Below, one piece after another: positions 17,121 through 29,580 of a stretch of 64,000 nucleotides of DNA. The notes under the pieces are model-generated. The model did no database searches. It was not told where the DNA came from and saw nothing but the letters and a program-made list of their open reading frames with translations. Where the stretch lies: NCBI GenBank assembly GCA_034927595.1, contig JAYFPQ010000057.1:24690-88689 (forward strand). Direction: 5' to 3'. The DNA is from Christensenella sp. GTDB taxonomy: Bacteria > Bacillota > Clostridia > Christensenellales > CAG-138. Each line of letters opens with the position of its first letter. Within the stretch, counting starts at the first letter, position 1. A program made the translations under genes and the position numbers.

Positions 17121-17964
17121 GGTGCCACCTCGCAATCAGCTCGTTTGCGAGCTCGTCCATTCGGAAATAATCCCGTTCAATCGCGACGCCACGCAGACGC
17201 AGCGCGCGAACGAGCCGCGTTGCCTGCGGCAGATTCAGTCCCATATTCAGCAATTCCTCGCCGCGCGAGAACACCTCTTCCGGCGTGCCCAGCATGCCAA
17301 GCGAACCCTTGTCGAGCACGGCGATCCGGTCGGAATACATCGCAACATCGTCCATGGAGTGCGAAACCATCACGATTCCCGTGCCGTTGTCGCGGCGCAG
17401 CGACTCGATGAGCACGAGAATCTCGCGCCGCCCGCGCGGGTCAAGCCCGGCCATCGGCTCGTCGAGCACGAGGTACTTCGGGCGCATGGCGAGAATACCC
17501 GCCAGCGCCGCGCGGCGCTTTTCTCCGCCGGAGAGTTCAAACGGCGATTTTTCAGCAAATTCCTCCGGCGGCAGGCCGACGAGGCGGAGCGCTTCCCAGG
17601 CGCGTTCGTGCATCTCATCTTCCTTGAGTCCCATGTTCTTCGGGCCAAAGGAGACGTCGCGTTCGACCGTTTCTTCAAACAATTGATATTCGGGATATTG
17701 AAACACCATGCCGACAAGCGAGCGAATCTGCTTTCGCAGCTTCTTTTCGCGCGTGTTGAGACCGTCGACCAGCACGTCCCCTGCAGTAGGCAGCAGTAGC
17801 CCGTTCAGGTGCTGTATCAGTGTGCTTTTTCCGGAACCGGTGTGCCCGATGACGCCAAGAAATTCCCCGTCCGTAATCGACAGGGTAATATCGGCCAGCG
17901 CCGGGTATGCTAGCGCGCTGCCCGGCAGGTAGGTGTGGCTGAGTTGTTTAATCTCAATCGGCAT
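17110..17964 (-). CDS. ecfA2: ECF transporter ATPase subunit A2
   Basis: Walker A is 'GHTGSGKST', the signature 'LSGGEKRR' and Walker B 'YLVLDEP'. Confidence 0.9.
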   Translation of the reverse strand: MPIEIKQLSHTYLPGSALAYPALADITLSITDGEFLGVIGHTGSGKSTLIQHLNGLLLPTAGDVLVDGLNTREKKLRKQIRSLVGMVFQYPEYQLFEETVERDVSFGPKNMGLKEDEMHERAWEALRLVGLPPEEFAEKSPFELSGGEKRRAALAGILAMRPKYLVLDEPMAGLDPRGRREILVLIESLRRDNGTGIVMVSHSMDDVAMYSDRIAVLDKGSLGMLGTPEEVFSRGEELLNMGLNLPQATRLVRALRLRGVAIERDYFRMDELANELIARWHHDR

Positions 17965-17969
17965 ATTCG

Positions 17970-18818
17970 TTATCCCTTTTGCGTCAGCAGGCGGCCTAGT
18001 TCGTCCGCCAGTGCGTCACAGGTCATTGCGGTTGGCAAAATGGGCAGCCCGGCGGTAATCAACTCGTCCCGCAACTGAACATAGGCAGGCGCTTCGAGAC
18101 GGCTTTCTTCGAGCAGCGTTTGCTCGTTGAACACCTCTTCCGGCGTGCCTTCCATCACGAGTCGCCCTTCGGAGAGGACGAACACGCGATCGACGCCGAG
18201 CGCTTCTTCCATGAACTGCGTAATCATCACGACGGTCATGCCCTGCTCGCGATTCAGGCGCAGCACGGTGGAGAGCACCTCTTCGCGTCCTTTGGGGTCG
18301 AGCATGGCGGTCGCCTCGTCGAGCACGAGCACCTCCGGCTGCATGGCGAGCAGTCCCGCGATGGCGACGCGTTGCTTCTGTCCGCCAGAGAGCGCATGAC
18401 TCGCCTTTCCCGCGTAAGAGGTCATCTCGACCGATTCCAGCGCTGCGTTGACGCGCGCTCGAATCTCGACGGGCGGGATGCCGAGATTTTCCGGCCCGAA
18501 TCCAACGTCCTCTTCGACAATCGTCGTCACAAGCTGGTTGTCAGGATTCTGAAACACCATGCCAACGCGGCGGCGTATCTCCAGCGTGTTTTGATCGTCG
18601 CAGGTGTTCATGCCGCGAACGGTTACCTTGCCTTCGGAGGGAAGGAGCAGCGCGTTGAAGAGCTTGCAGAGCGTGCTCTTGCCGGAGCCGTTGTGCCCGA
18701 CAATCGCGACGACCTCACCTTTCTTAATGGAAAGGCTGATGTTTTTCAGCGCGGTTTTCTCTGAACCGACATATTGGAACCCGACGTTCACGAGCTCAAT
18801 GATTGTTTCCTGCGGCAT
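17970..18818 (-). CDS. ecfA1: ECF transporter ATPase subunit A1
   Basis: Walker A is 'GHNGSGKST', the signature 'LSGGQKQR' and Walker B 'VLVLDEATAMLD'. I chose the start at MPQETII (ATG 18818) behind AGGGAG. The 107-aa upstream extension in the ORF track has no homology-like features. Confidence 0.9.
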   Translation of the reverse strand: MPQETIIELVNVGFQYVGSEKTALKNISLSIKKGEVVAIVGHNGSGKSTLCKLFNALLLPSEGKVTVRGMNTCDDQNTLEIRRRVGMVFQNPDNQLVTTIVEEDVGFGPENLGIPPVEIRARVNAALESVEMTSYAGKASHALSGGQKQRVAIAGLLAMQPEVLVLDEATAMLDPKGREEVLSTVLRLNREQGMTVVMITQFMEEALGVDRVFVLSEGRLVMEGTPEEVFNEQTLLEESRLEAPAYVQLRDELITAGLPILPTAMTCDALADELGRLLTQKG

Positions 18819-19020
18819 GTTTTGCTCCCTAAAAGTCTCGCGCGGCATGTGTTCTTGTTTCCAAGCCGCGCAATATGGTAAAATAATGCACCGGAACGAA
18901 GGAATTTGACGCAATATTCCGGCAATAAAGCAATTCAGTATAGCAAAATCACGGCAAACTGGCAAGTTTATCCGGCGAGCTCGATCCGGATGGCGAAACG
19001 AGAAGGAGCGATACAATCGG

Positions 19021-20385
19021 ATGAAAACCCTGCTCAAAAACGCGCGCACCATCGTTACCTGCGACGACGCGGATTCCATTCTGCACGGCGCGGACGTGCT
19101 GCTCGAAGACGGCGTGATTCGTTCCATCGGTTCGTTGGGCAACGTTCCGGCGGACGAGGTCGTTGACGCGAGTCGTTGGATTCTCTATCCCGGCCTGATC
19201 AACACGCATCATCATCTGTATCAATACTTCACCCGCAATCTGCGTCAGGTGCAGAATCTGGAGCTGTTTGACTGGCTCACCGCGCTCTACGGCATTTGGG
19301 CGCATCTAAACGAAGACACCGTTCGCCTGAGTTCGCTCTGCGGCATGGGCGAGCTCATGAAGTACGGCTGCACGACCTGTTTTGATCATCATTATGTGTT
19401 TCCGGCGGGCGCGGGGGACCTGCTCGCGGCGCAGTTTGACGCGGCGCAGCAGCTCGGCATTCGCATGGTTAGCTCGCGCGGGAGCATGAGCCTGTCCAAG
19501 AAGGACGGGGGACTGCCGCCGGACTCCGTCGTACAGACCACGGACGAAATTCTGCGCGACAGCCGCGAGGCAATTGAGCGTTATCACGATGCGTCGCCCT
19601 ATTCCATGCGGCAGGTGGTGCTCGCGCCTTGTTCGCCGTTTTCGATTACGGCGGATTTAATGAAGGAGAGCGCGGCGCTCGCGCGAAGCTACGGCGTTCG
19701 CCTGCATACGCATCTTTGCGAAACCAAGGACGAGGAGCGCTTTACGCTGGAAACGCGCGGCATGCGCCCGCTGGCATACATGGAGAGCGTGGATTTCGTT
19801 GGTTCGGACGTGTTCTACGCGCACGGGATACACTTTAATGATGACGAGTTACAGTTTTTGGCCGATACCGGAACCGGCGTTGCACACTGCCCCTGCTCCA
19901 ATATGAAGCTCAGCTCCGGCGTTGCGCGCATACCGGACATGCTCCGGCTCGGCGTACCGGTCGGCCTCGCGGTTGACGGCAGCGCCAGCAACGACGCTTC
20001 CAACCTCATGGAGGAGATGCGCTCGGCATACCTGATGCACCGCCTGCGCTACGGAGCAACCGCGCCAAGCGGGTATGATCTGCTCAAGATGGCAACCCGC
20101 GGCAGCGCGCGGTTGCTGGGGCGGGACCGGCTCGGCGCTGTTGCGGAAGGCTTCGCGGCGGATCTGTTCGCCATTCGTTATGACCGGCTGGAGCTGGTCT
20201 GCGCGGAAATGGACGAGGCAAACCTGTTTGGCACGGTCGGGTATCATCTGCCCGCGGATGCGGTTTGGGTTGCCGGACGGCAAACGGTAAAAGACGGCGC
20301 ACTGTTAACATTGGACGAAGAACGAGTCGCGGCCGAGAGCCGCGCGGAAACGAATCGCCTGCTCAGTGCGGCGGCGGGAAAGTAG
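19021..20385 (+). CDS. Amidohydrolase superfamily, 8-oxoguanine deaminase-like (COG0402)
   Basis: 'GLINTHHHLYQ', 'GSMSLSKKDGGLPP', 'LAPCSPFS', 'RLHTHLCET', 'AHGIHF', 'CPCSNMKLSSG' and 'VDGSASND' match the 8-oxoguanine/isoxanthopterin deaminase group as I recall it. Confidence 0.8.
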   Translation: MKTLLKNARTIVTCDDADSILHGADVLLEDGVIRSIGSLGNVPADEVVDASRWILYPGLINTHHHLYQYFTRNLRQVQNLELFDWLTALYGIWAHLNEDTVRLSSLCGMGELMKYGCTTCFDHHYVFPAGAGDLLAAQFDAAQQLGIRMVSSRGSMSLSKKDGGLPPDSVVQTTDEILRDSREAIERYHDASPYSMRQVVLAPCSPFSITADLMKESAALARSYGVRLHTHLCETKDEERFTLETRGMRPLAYMESVDFVGSDVFYAHGIHFNDDELQFLADTGTGVAHCPCSNMKLSSGVARIPDMLRLGVPVGLAVDGSASNDASNLMEEMRSAYLMHRLRYGATAPSGYDLLKMATRGSARLLGRDRLGAVAEGFAADLFAIRYDRLELVCAEMDEANLFGTVGYHLPADAVWVAGRQTVKDGALLTLDEERVAAESRAETNRLLSAAAGK

Positions 20386-20395
20386 GAATAGTAAT

Positions 20396-20917
20396 ATGGA
20401 AACAACGAAGAAGTTCAACGTCCGCGGACTCGTTCGTGCGGCAATCATCGCGGCGATCTACGCGCTCTTAACCATAGCGCTCGCGCCGATTTCTTCGGGG
20501 CTGATTCAGTGCCGCGTGGCGGAGGCAATGAGCATTCTGCCGTATTTCACGTTCTCCGCCGTGCCGGGTTTATTCGTCGGCTGTCTGCTGGCAAATCTGC
20601 TCACGGGCGCGCCGTTTTACGACGTGTTGTTTGGCAGCTTCGCAACGCTGATTGCGGCCTACATTACCTATCTTTTGCGCAAGCGCGCGCCCAAATACCT
20701 CGCGCCGCTGCCGTCCGTGGTCGTCAACGCGCTCGTCGTTGGTGCGCTGCTGGTCTATGTTTATCAGGTTGGCGTGAGCTACTGGGTTGCGGCGGCGTAT
20801 GTCGCCGTTGGTCAGGCGATTGCCTGCTTCGTCATCGGCTTGCCGCTGTTGTCGCTTCTGGAGCGCTTTGGGGACAAGCTGTTCAACGACCACGCCGACC
20901 ATAATAAGTGCCTGTAG
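20396..20917 (+). CDS. queT: QueT family ECF S-component (queuosine-precursor transporter)
   Basis: 'IIAAIYALLTIALAPISSGLIQCRVAEAMSILPYF' is typical of QueT. The protein is about 170 aa with 5-6 TM segments. It starts 10 nt after the amidohydrolase stop and ends at TAG 20915-20917. Confidence 0.8.
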   Translation: METTKKFNVRGLVRAAIIAAIYALLTIALAPISSGLIQCRVAEAMSILPYFTFSAVPGLFVGCLLANLLTGAPFYDVLFGSFATLIAAYITYLLRKRAPKYLAPLPSVVVNALVVGALLVYVYQVGVSYWVAAAYVAVGQAIACFVIGLPLLSLLERFGDKLFNDHADHNKCL

Positions 20918-20963
20918 TTCTGTTTTTACCTTGTTTGGACTACTAGAATGAAATCATGCAACA

Positions 20964-20992
20964 CGGCGGAGGGAGCGATTCTTCCGCCTTTT
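20964..20992 (+). terminator. Probable terminator after queT
   Basis: GGCGGA(g)...(t)TCCGCC followed by TTTTG. Confidence 0.55.
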
Positions 20993-21141
20993 GTATACGA
21001 TTTTGGAATGGCATTCCATTTTTTTAAGATCGAAACAGGCTTATGCAGGGAATCCTGCAATTAAATCGTGTAAAATCGACAATTATTTTGCGAAATGAGT
21101 GTTTTTCCTGCATTTAATTCGTTCTTCGCGGATCGGTTTGA

Positions 21142-24805
<3,664 letters not shown>

Positions 24806-24820
24806 CTCCCAGCAGGGATC

Positions 24821-24856
24821 AAAAGAGCCGCGGATTCGTCCGCGGCTCTTTTTTAT
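24821..24856 (+). terminator. Intrinsic terminator after PFOR
   Basis: GAGCCGCGGA-ttcg-TCCGCGGCTC followed by TTTTTTA. Confidence 0.85.
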
Positions 24857-24981
24857 TGCGTGAGTATTGGATTTGAAAGGAATTGGTTACAAGATACCAG
24901 TTTTGTCACAAGAATTTGAGCGTAACTTGAACATGCATTGTTATGATAACGGGGAAGACATAAGACTTAGGGGATACCGAG

Positions 24982-25710
24982 ATGGAACAGAAACAAAAGG
25001 AAACCGTTGTTGTTTGGGGCGATTCACTCGCCAAGGGAGTCATCTGGAACGAAGAGCGTAAGCGCCTTGGATACTCAAAGGTAACCGCGGCGCAGATTGC
25101 GGGCGAGAAGCTTGGCATAGAGGTGCTCAACCACGCGAAGTTTGGTTTTACCGCACCGCAAGGACTCGAAATGATGGAGCGCGATGTCGAAGAAGGTCTC
25201 ACCTGCGATACGGCGTTTCTGGAGTTTGGCGGCAACGACTGCAACTTCAAATGGGCGGAGATCTCCGAGCAGCCGGATGCGAAACACGAACCGGCGACCA
25301 CGCCGGAATCGTTTCTTGCCTCGCTGCGCAGCATGGTGCGCTGGCTCTATGCGCGTGGCATTGAGCCGGTGCTGATGACACTGCCGCCCATCGACGCGGA
25401 ACGATACTTTCACTTTCTGGTTGGCGACAAACTCAACGAAAAGAACATTCTGCGCTTTCTGGGGGACGTACACCAGATTTACCGCTTTCAGGAGATGTAT
25501 TCACTCTTAATTGAGAAGGTTGCGCGGGAGTATCAGGTACGGCTGCTGGATTTGCGGCAGCGCTGCCTCGCGAAAAACGGATTTCTCAAGGACATGATCT
25601 GCGAGGACGGGCTGCATCTGACCGAGCAAGGGCAGATGTTTGTCGGCGAACAGATTGCGGATTTGGCGCGAATTGAGGATCAGAACGAAAGACAGCGAAA
25701 CACACACTAA
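24982..25710 (+). CDS. SGNH/GDSL hydrolase family protein
   Basis: Block I is 'VVVWGDSLAKG', block III 'EFGGND' and block V 'DGLHLT'. Confidence 0.8.
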   Translation: MEQKQKETVVVWGDSLAKGVIWNEERKRLGYSKVTAAQIAGEKLGIEVLNHAKFGFTAPQGLEMMERDVEEGLTCDTAFLEFGGNDCNFKWAEISEQPDAKHEPATTPESFLASLRSMVRWLYARGIEPVLMTLPPIDAERYFHFLVGDKLNEKNILRFLGDVHQIYRFQEMYSLLIEKVAREYQVRLLDLRQRCLAKNGFLKDMICEDGLHLTEQGQMFVGEQIADLARIEDQNERQRNTH

Positions 25711-25750
25711 AAAAACAACGACCTCCGATCAAACGGAGGTCGTTTTTATT
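25711..25750. terminator. Bidirectional intrinsic terminator
   Basis: AAAAAAC-AACGACCTCCG-atcaaa-CGGAGGTCGTT-TTTAT. Confidence 0.8.
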
Positions 25751-25775
25751 AATAAGATTATTGGTTGTTCGGAAT

Positions 25776-26546
25776 TCAGCTTTCCGCGACGATGCACTCG
25801 ACGCCCTGCGCGGCGGCTTCGGCGGCGATCTCCGGCGGAAGCGCCGAATCGCAGATGATCGTGTCGATATCCGACATAGTCGCAAACGTAAAGGGCAGCG
25901 AGCGGCCGATCTTGGTCGCGTCCATGAGCATAACGATCTTCGCAGCTTTCGCGAGCACGGCACGCTTGAGCATGCTCTCGCTCTGGGAACCGCTGGTAAA
26001 GCCGGTCTTAAGCGAGAAGCCGGAGGGGGAGAGCAGCGCCAGATCGATGTTGATGGTGGAGATAAAGTGTTCTGCCTGCGCGCCGGAGCAGGAGAGCGTG
26101 TTTTCGCTGATCTGTCCGCCGGTTAAGAGCACGTCGCAGGTGTGCCGCTGTGAGAGCTCAATTGCGATGTTTGCGCCGCTCGTGATAATGGTATACCGGT
26201 CGTTGCTTAGATGATTGGCAACGGACATCAGTGTGCTACCCGCGTCAAGATAAACCGCGTGTCCGGGCAGAATAAACGGTACCGCGGCTTTTGCGATTGC
26301 GATTTTTTGCCGCGTGTTTTCCCGCGCGCGCTTGCTGTAGACGCCCTCGACCTGCAGCGCAGGGTTTTGCGTGGAGATGACGCCGCCATGGACGCGGCGG
26401 ATATAGCCGAGTTCTTCGAGCTGCTTGAGATCGCGCCAAACCGTCATGGACGAGTAACCGCTGTAGAGTCCCTGCAGTTCGGAAATGCTGACTTCACCAC
26501 GCGACAGAATAAAGTCGCGTACCTTGGAGATTCGTTCGTTCATCAT
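25776..26546 (-). CDS. DeoR family transcriptional regulator
   Basis: The N-terminal wHTH is 'ISELQGLYSGYSSMTVWRDLKQLEELGYIRRVHGG', followed by a DeoR-C sugar-phosphate sensor domain. I chose the start at MMNER. Confidence 0.85.
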   Translation of the reverse strand: MMNERISKVRDFILSRGEVSISELQGLYSGYSSMTVWRDLKQLEELGYIRRVHGGVISTQNPALQVEGVYSKRARENTRQKIAIAKAAVPFILPGHAVYLDAGSTLMSVANHLSNDRYTIITSGANIAIELSQRHTCDVLLTGGQISENTLSCSGAQAEHFISTINIDLALLSPSGFSLKTGFTSGSQSESMLKRAVLAKAAKIVMLMDATKIGRSLPFTFATMSDIDTIICDSALPPEIAAEAAAQGVECIVAES

Positions 26547-26689
26547 GCGAGACAATGCCTCCCGTATAACAGAAATTATAACGTAGATGTTAGAAAACAA
26601 CAAGATTGAATTTGATATTTCTGGTTATTCTCACAAATTAACTTTGTTAATACGTGTTAGGAAGGAGAAAAAACATCGATCAACGATTG

Positions 26690-26753
26690 TAATGTACGGA
26701 CATTTCATTGACATTGGAGCGACAATTTAGTAAAATTAATGTACGGACAATTC
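26690..26753 (+). promoter_or_regulatory. nagB promoter bracketed by two 17-nt direct repeats (candidate DeoR operator)
   Basis: TAATGTACGGACATTTC (26690-26706) and TAATGTACGGACAATTC (26737-26753) match at 16/17 positions. Between them lie TTGACA (26708-26713), a 17-nt spacer and TAAAAT (26731-26736). Confidence 0.45.
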
Positions 26754-26788
26754 GTCCGGAATTCGAAACGGAAACGGAATGAACCGGC

Positions 26789-27508
26789 ATGAATCTAATC
26801 GTAACATCACGCGAAGAAGCGGCTCGACTTGCGGCGGAACAATACGCCGTTTTGCTTTCTCAAAAACCAAAATCCACACTGGGATTTGCAACCGGTTCAA
26901 CGCCGCTCGCGCTCTATGCTGAGCTTGCGCGCGCCTATCAGCGAAAGGAACTCTCGTTCTCGCAGGCAACGTCGTTCAATCTGGACGAATACGTGGGGCT
27001 GGAGCAGACCAATCCGCAGTCTTACCGCTACTTTATGAATCAAAACCTGTTTTCGAAGATCGACCTGCCGCTGGAGCGCACGCACGTTCCGAGCGGAAAG
27101 ACCGCGTCTGCCGCCGAGGCGGACGAATACGAGTCGCTGATTCAGGCGGCGGGCGGAATCGACTTGCAGCTGCTTGGCATCGGTCAGAACGGGCACATCG
27201 GCTTTAACGAGCCGGGTACGCCGTTTGGCTCGACCACGCATCTGGTGCACCTTTCCGAAAGCACCCGCCGGGCAAACGCGCGGTTCTTTGCGTCGATGGA
27301 CGAAGTTCCGACGGAAGCGGTGAGCATGGGAATTAAAACCGTGATGAACGCGCGGGCGATTCTGCTGTTTGCGCAGGGCGACATCAAGGCGAATATCATC
27401 CGCGAGGCAATCTACGGCCCGGTGACGGAGACGGTACCCGCGTCGGTGTTGCAGCTGCACCCGAACGTGACGCTCTACCTCGACGCCGAAGCGGCGAAAT
27501 ACCTGTAA
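26789..27508 (+). CDS. nagB: Glucosamine-6-phosphate deaminase
   Basis: 'LGFATGSTP', 'FNLDEYVGL' and 'LGIGQNGHIGFNEPG' are present. Confidence 0.95.
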   Translation: MNLIVTSREEAARLAAEQYAVLLSQKPKSTLGFATGSTPLALYAELARAYQRKELSFSQATSFNLDEYVGLEQTNPQSYRYFMNQNLFSKIDLPLERTHVPSGKTASAAEADEYESLIQAAGGIDLQLLGIGQNGHIGFNEPGTPFGSTTHLVHLSESTRRANARFFASMDEVPTEAVSMGIKTVMNARAILLFAQGDIKANIIREAIYGPVTETVPASVLQLHPNVTLYLDAEAAKYL

Positions 27509-27524
27509 TGAATCGAATTCAATA

Positions 27525-27562
27525 AATAATGCTCCGTCGAACATCGACGGAGCATTTTTTCT
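27525..27562. terminator. Bidirectional intrinsic terminator
   Basis: AATGCTCCGTCGA-aca-TCGACGGAGCATT-TTTT. Confidence 0.85.
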
Positions 27563-27570
27563 GTTTCGTG

Positions 27571-28524
27571 TTACTCGCCTAAGCGGCAGAGAATATCGGC
27601 CAGAATCGGCATGGCGGGAATTCCGCCGCGCTGCTCGACGCAGAGCGAAGCGGTCGCGTTGCCAAAGCGCGCATAGTCCGCTGCGTCCTCCAACGAAACG
27701 TCCTTGAGTGCCTTTTCGGAACAGAGGAACCGGTAGAGAAACCCGCCGAAGAACGCGTCGCCCGCGCCGGTGGTGTCGATGGCGTTGGAACGAAAACCCG
27801 GCACCAGACGGCTCTCGCTGCGAACGCGAATGAACGCGCCTTTTGCGCCGAGCGTAACGGCAACGAGCTTCACCCCCTGGTCCAGCAGGACGTCCGTCGC
27901 CTGCTCGGGATCCGTTTCGCCGGTCAACAGCGGCAGCTCCTCGTCGGAGACCTTCATGATATCCGCGGTTGAAATCAGCGAGCGCATGTAGCGAATCGCT
28001 TCGACCTTGCTGCTCCAAAGCGAAGCGCGATAGTTTGGATCGTAGGAAATGATGGCGCCCGCCGCTTTCGCGCGGTCAATCGCCTCGTACGTGGCCGAAC
28101 GCACTGGCTCCTGCGTCAGCGAGAGCGAACCGGTGTGGAAGATGCGCGTGTGCTCCAGCATGTCCGCATCCACCTCGTCCGAGCGGAGCTGCGTGTCCGC
28201 GCCCGGCTTGCGGGCAAACGAAAACTCGCGTTCGCCGTTGGGCTGAAGTGCGACAAACGCCAGCGTGGTAAACACGTCGTCCACTTCGATTAAGCCGCGA
28301 ACGTCCACGCCAGCGTTCATCAGCGACTGCTTCAGAAAAGCGCCGTGCATATCCGTTCCGACCTTGCCGATGTAGCCGGTCTTCGCGCCGCATTGCGCCG
28401 CCGCGCAGAGCAGGTTTGTGACCGCGCCGCCCGCGTTCTGTTCAAAGAGGCGCATGCCGGCGGGGGAACGCCCGCTCTCCGTAAAATCAATCAGCAGTTC
28501 GCCGAGGGAAACAATATCGTACAT
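27571..28524 (-). CDS. PfkB-family carbohydrate kinase (fructokinase-like)
   Basis: 'SLGELLIDF', 'GGAVTN' and 'DTTGAGDAFFGGFL' are the PfkB signatures. RBS is AAAGGAG. Confidence 0.85.
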   Translation of the reverse strand: MYDIVSLGELLIDFTESGRSPAGMRLFEQNAGGAVTNLLCAAAQCGAKTGYIGKVGTDMHGAFLKQSLMNAGVDVRGLIEVDDVFTTLAFVALQPNGEREFSFARKPGADTQLRSDEVDADMLEHTRIFHTGSLSLTQEPVRSATYEAIDRAKAAGAIISYDPNYRASLWSSKVEAIRYMRSLISTADIMKVSDEELPLLTGETDPEQATDVLLDQGVKLVAVTLGAKGAFIRVRSESRLVPGFRSNAIDTTGAGDAFFGGFLYRFLCSEKALKDVSLEDAADYARFGNATASLCVEQRGGIPAMPILADILCRLGE

Positions 28525-28557
28525 AGAAACTCCTTTTTCAGTATGGCTGGAATCGAA

Positions 28558-29571
28558 TCAGTATTCGTCCGCACAGTAGCAAATCTGATCGGAGAACACC
28601 GTTCGGAAAGGGAGATATCCGCAAAGAAACTGCATCAGTCGCCCAACGGAGAGACAACTTGTCGCGGGTTCGCTCGTTTGGCTGCCCGCGCCGTCGAACA
28701 CGCTGCAATTCCAGGGCAGGAAATCGTCGAATACGCGCAGTCGCAGAGCGGCGGCGTCGCCGCAGAACATGCGGAGCAAACTCGAAACGTCAACCGGAAT
28801 CACCACGCCCCAAGGGCGGAGCGTGCCTGAAATCGGCACGTCCGGCGGTAGCTTGACCACCGAACCCTTTGGCAGGCGGGCGATCAACTCCGTATAGGCG
28901 AGCGCAGAGGAAGCCAGCGTCTCTTCGCAGTAGAGCGAGCCGTCCGCTTCCAACGAGGCAAAGAGATAGCCGTTCACAACGCCGCCGGTTTGGTGAACGA
29001 GGCAGCGCGAACCGTCGATTGTTAAGTCTTGCGCACGCTTTGCCAGGTCGCCTGCCGAGCGAACAACGCAGCCGTTGTAGCGGCTCGTCGCCTGCTCGTA
29101 AACGCGAAGCAGCGTTTCGGCGGGGGGAACCGCATCCCAGACGACGGGGGAGCTTGGTTCCGTTTCGCGTGTATGGAACAGCGCGTCGTAACAGGGGAAC
29201 TCGCCGACCGCGCGATAGATCGAAAAATGCGACGGTTTATGGAACGCAAGGGGAATGCCGCGCCGCCTGCACTCGGAAAACAGTTCAAAAAGCACGCGCT
29301 TCATGAGCCCTTGCCCCTCAAATCCCGGCAGTGTGGCGACGCCGGAGATCATCATCGCGGGCAGCACGACACCGCGAATGCGAAGCTGCATCACGCAGCC
29401 GTGCGCAATGCTGACGATTCGCCCATCCTCCTCCGCGCAGAACGAGGTTTCCGGCGCAAACCGCTCGGCAAAAAACCAATTAATAAAGGAAAGGGAGTCG
29501 TCAAAGCGCAACTCCCAAATTTCCCGTGCCTGTTGTTTGTCTGCCGTGGTGAGCGGCCGAATCGTTGCCAT
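28558..29571 (-). CDS. GNAT family N-acetyltransferase with an extra C-terminal domain
   Basis: The acetyl-CoA motif is 'GVATLPGFEGQGLMKRVL'. At 337 aa it is larger than a single GNAT, so an Eis-like two-domain layout is possible but unverified. Confidence 0.65.
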   Translation of the reverse strand: MATIRPLTTADKQQAREIWELRFDDSLSFINWFFAERFAPETSFCAEEDGRIVSIAHGCVMQLRIRGVVLPAMMISGVATLPGFEGQGLMKRVLFELFSECRRRGIPLAFHKPSHFSIYRAVGEFPCYDALFHTRETEPSSPVVWDAVPPAETLLRVYEQATSRYNGCVVRSAGDLAKRAQDLTIDGSRCLVHQTGGVVNGYLFASLEADGSLYCEETLASSALAYTELIARLPKGSVVKLPPDVPISGTLRPWGVVIPVDVSSLLRMFCGDAAALRLRVFDDFLPWNCSVFDGAGSQTSEPATSCLSVGRLMQFLCGYLPFRTVFSDQICYCADEY

Positions 29572-29580
29572 GTTGCTCCG

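Noticed and set aside
18819-19020. A possible preQ1 riboswitch upstream of the amidohydrolase-queT pair
   Set aside because: I could not find the preQ1-I/II/III hallmark elements (a short hairpin plus an A-rich ACUA tail, and so on). Only a palindrome, ATCCGG-cgagctcgat-CCGGAT, is present. A covariance-model search is needed to be sure.
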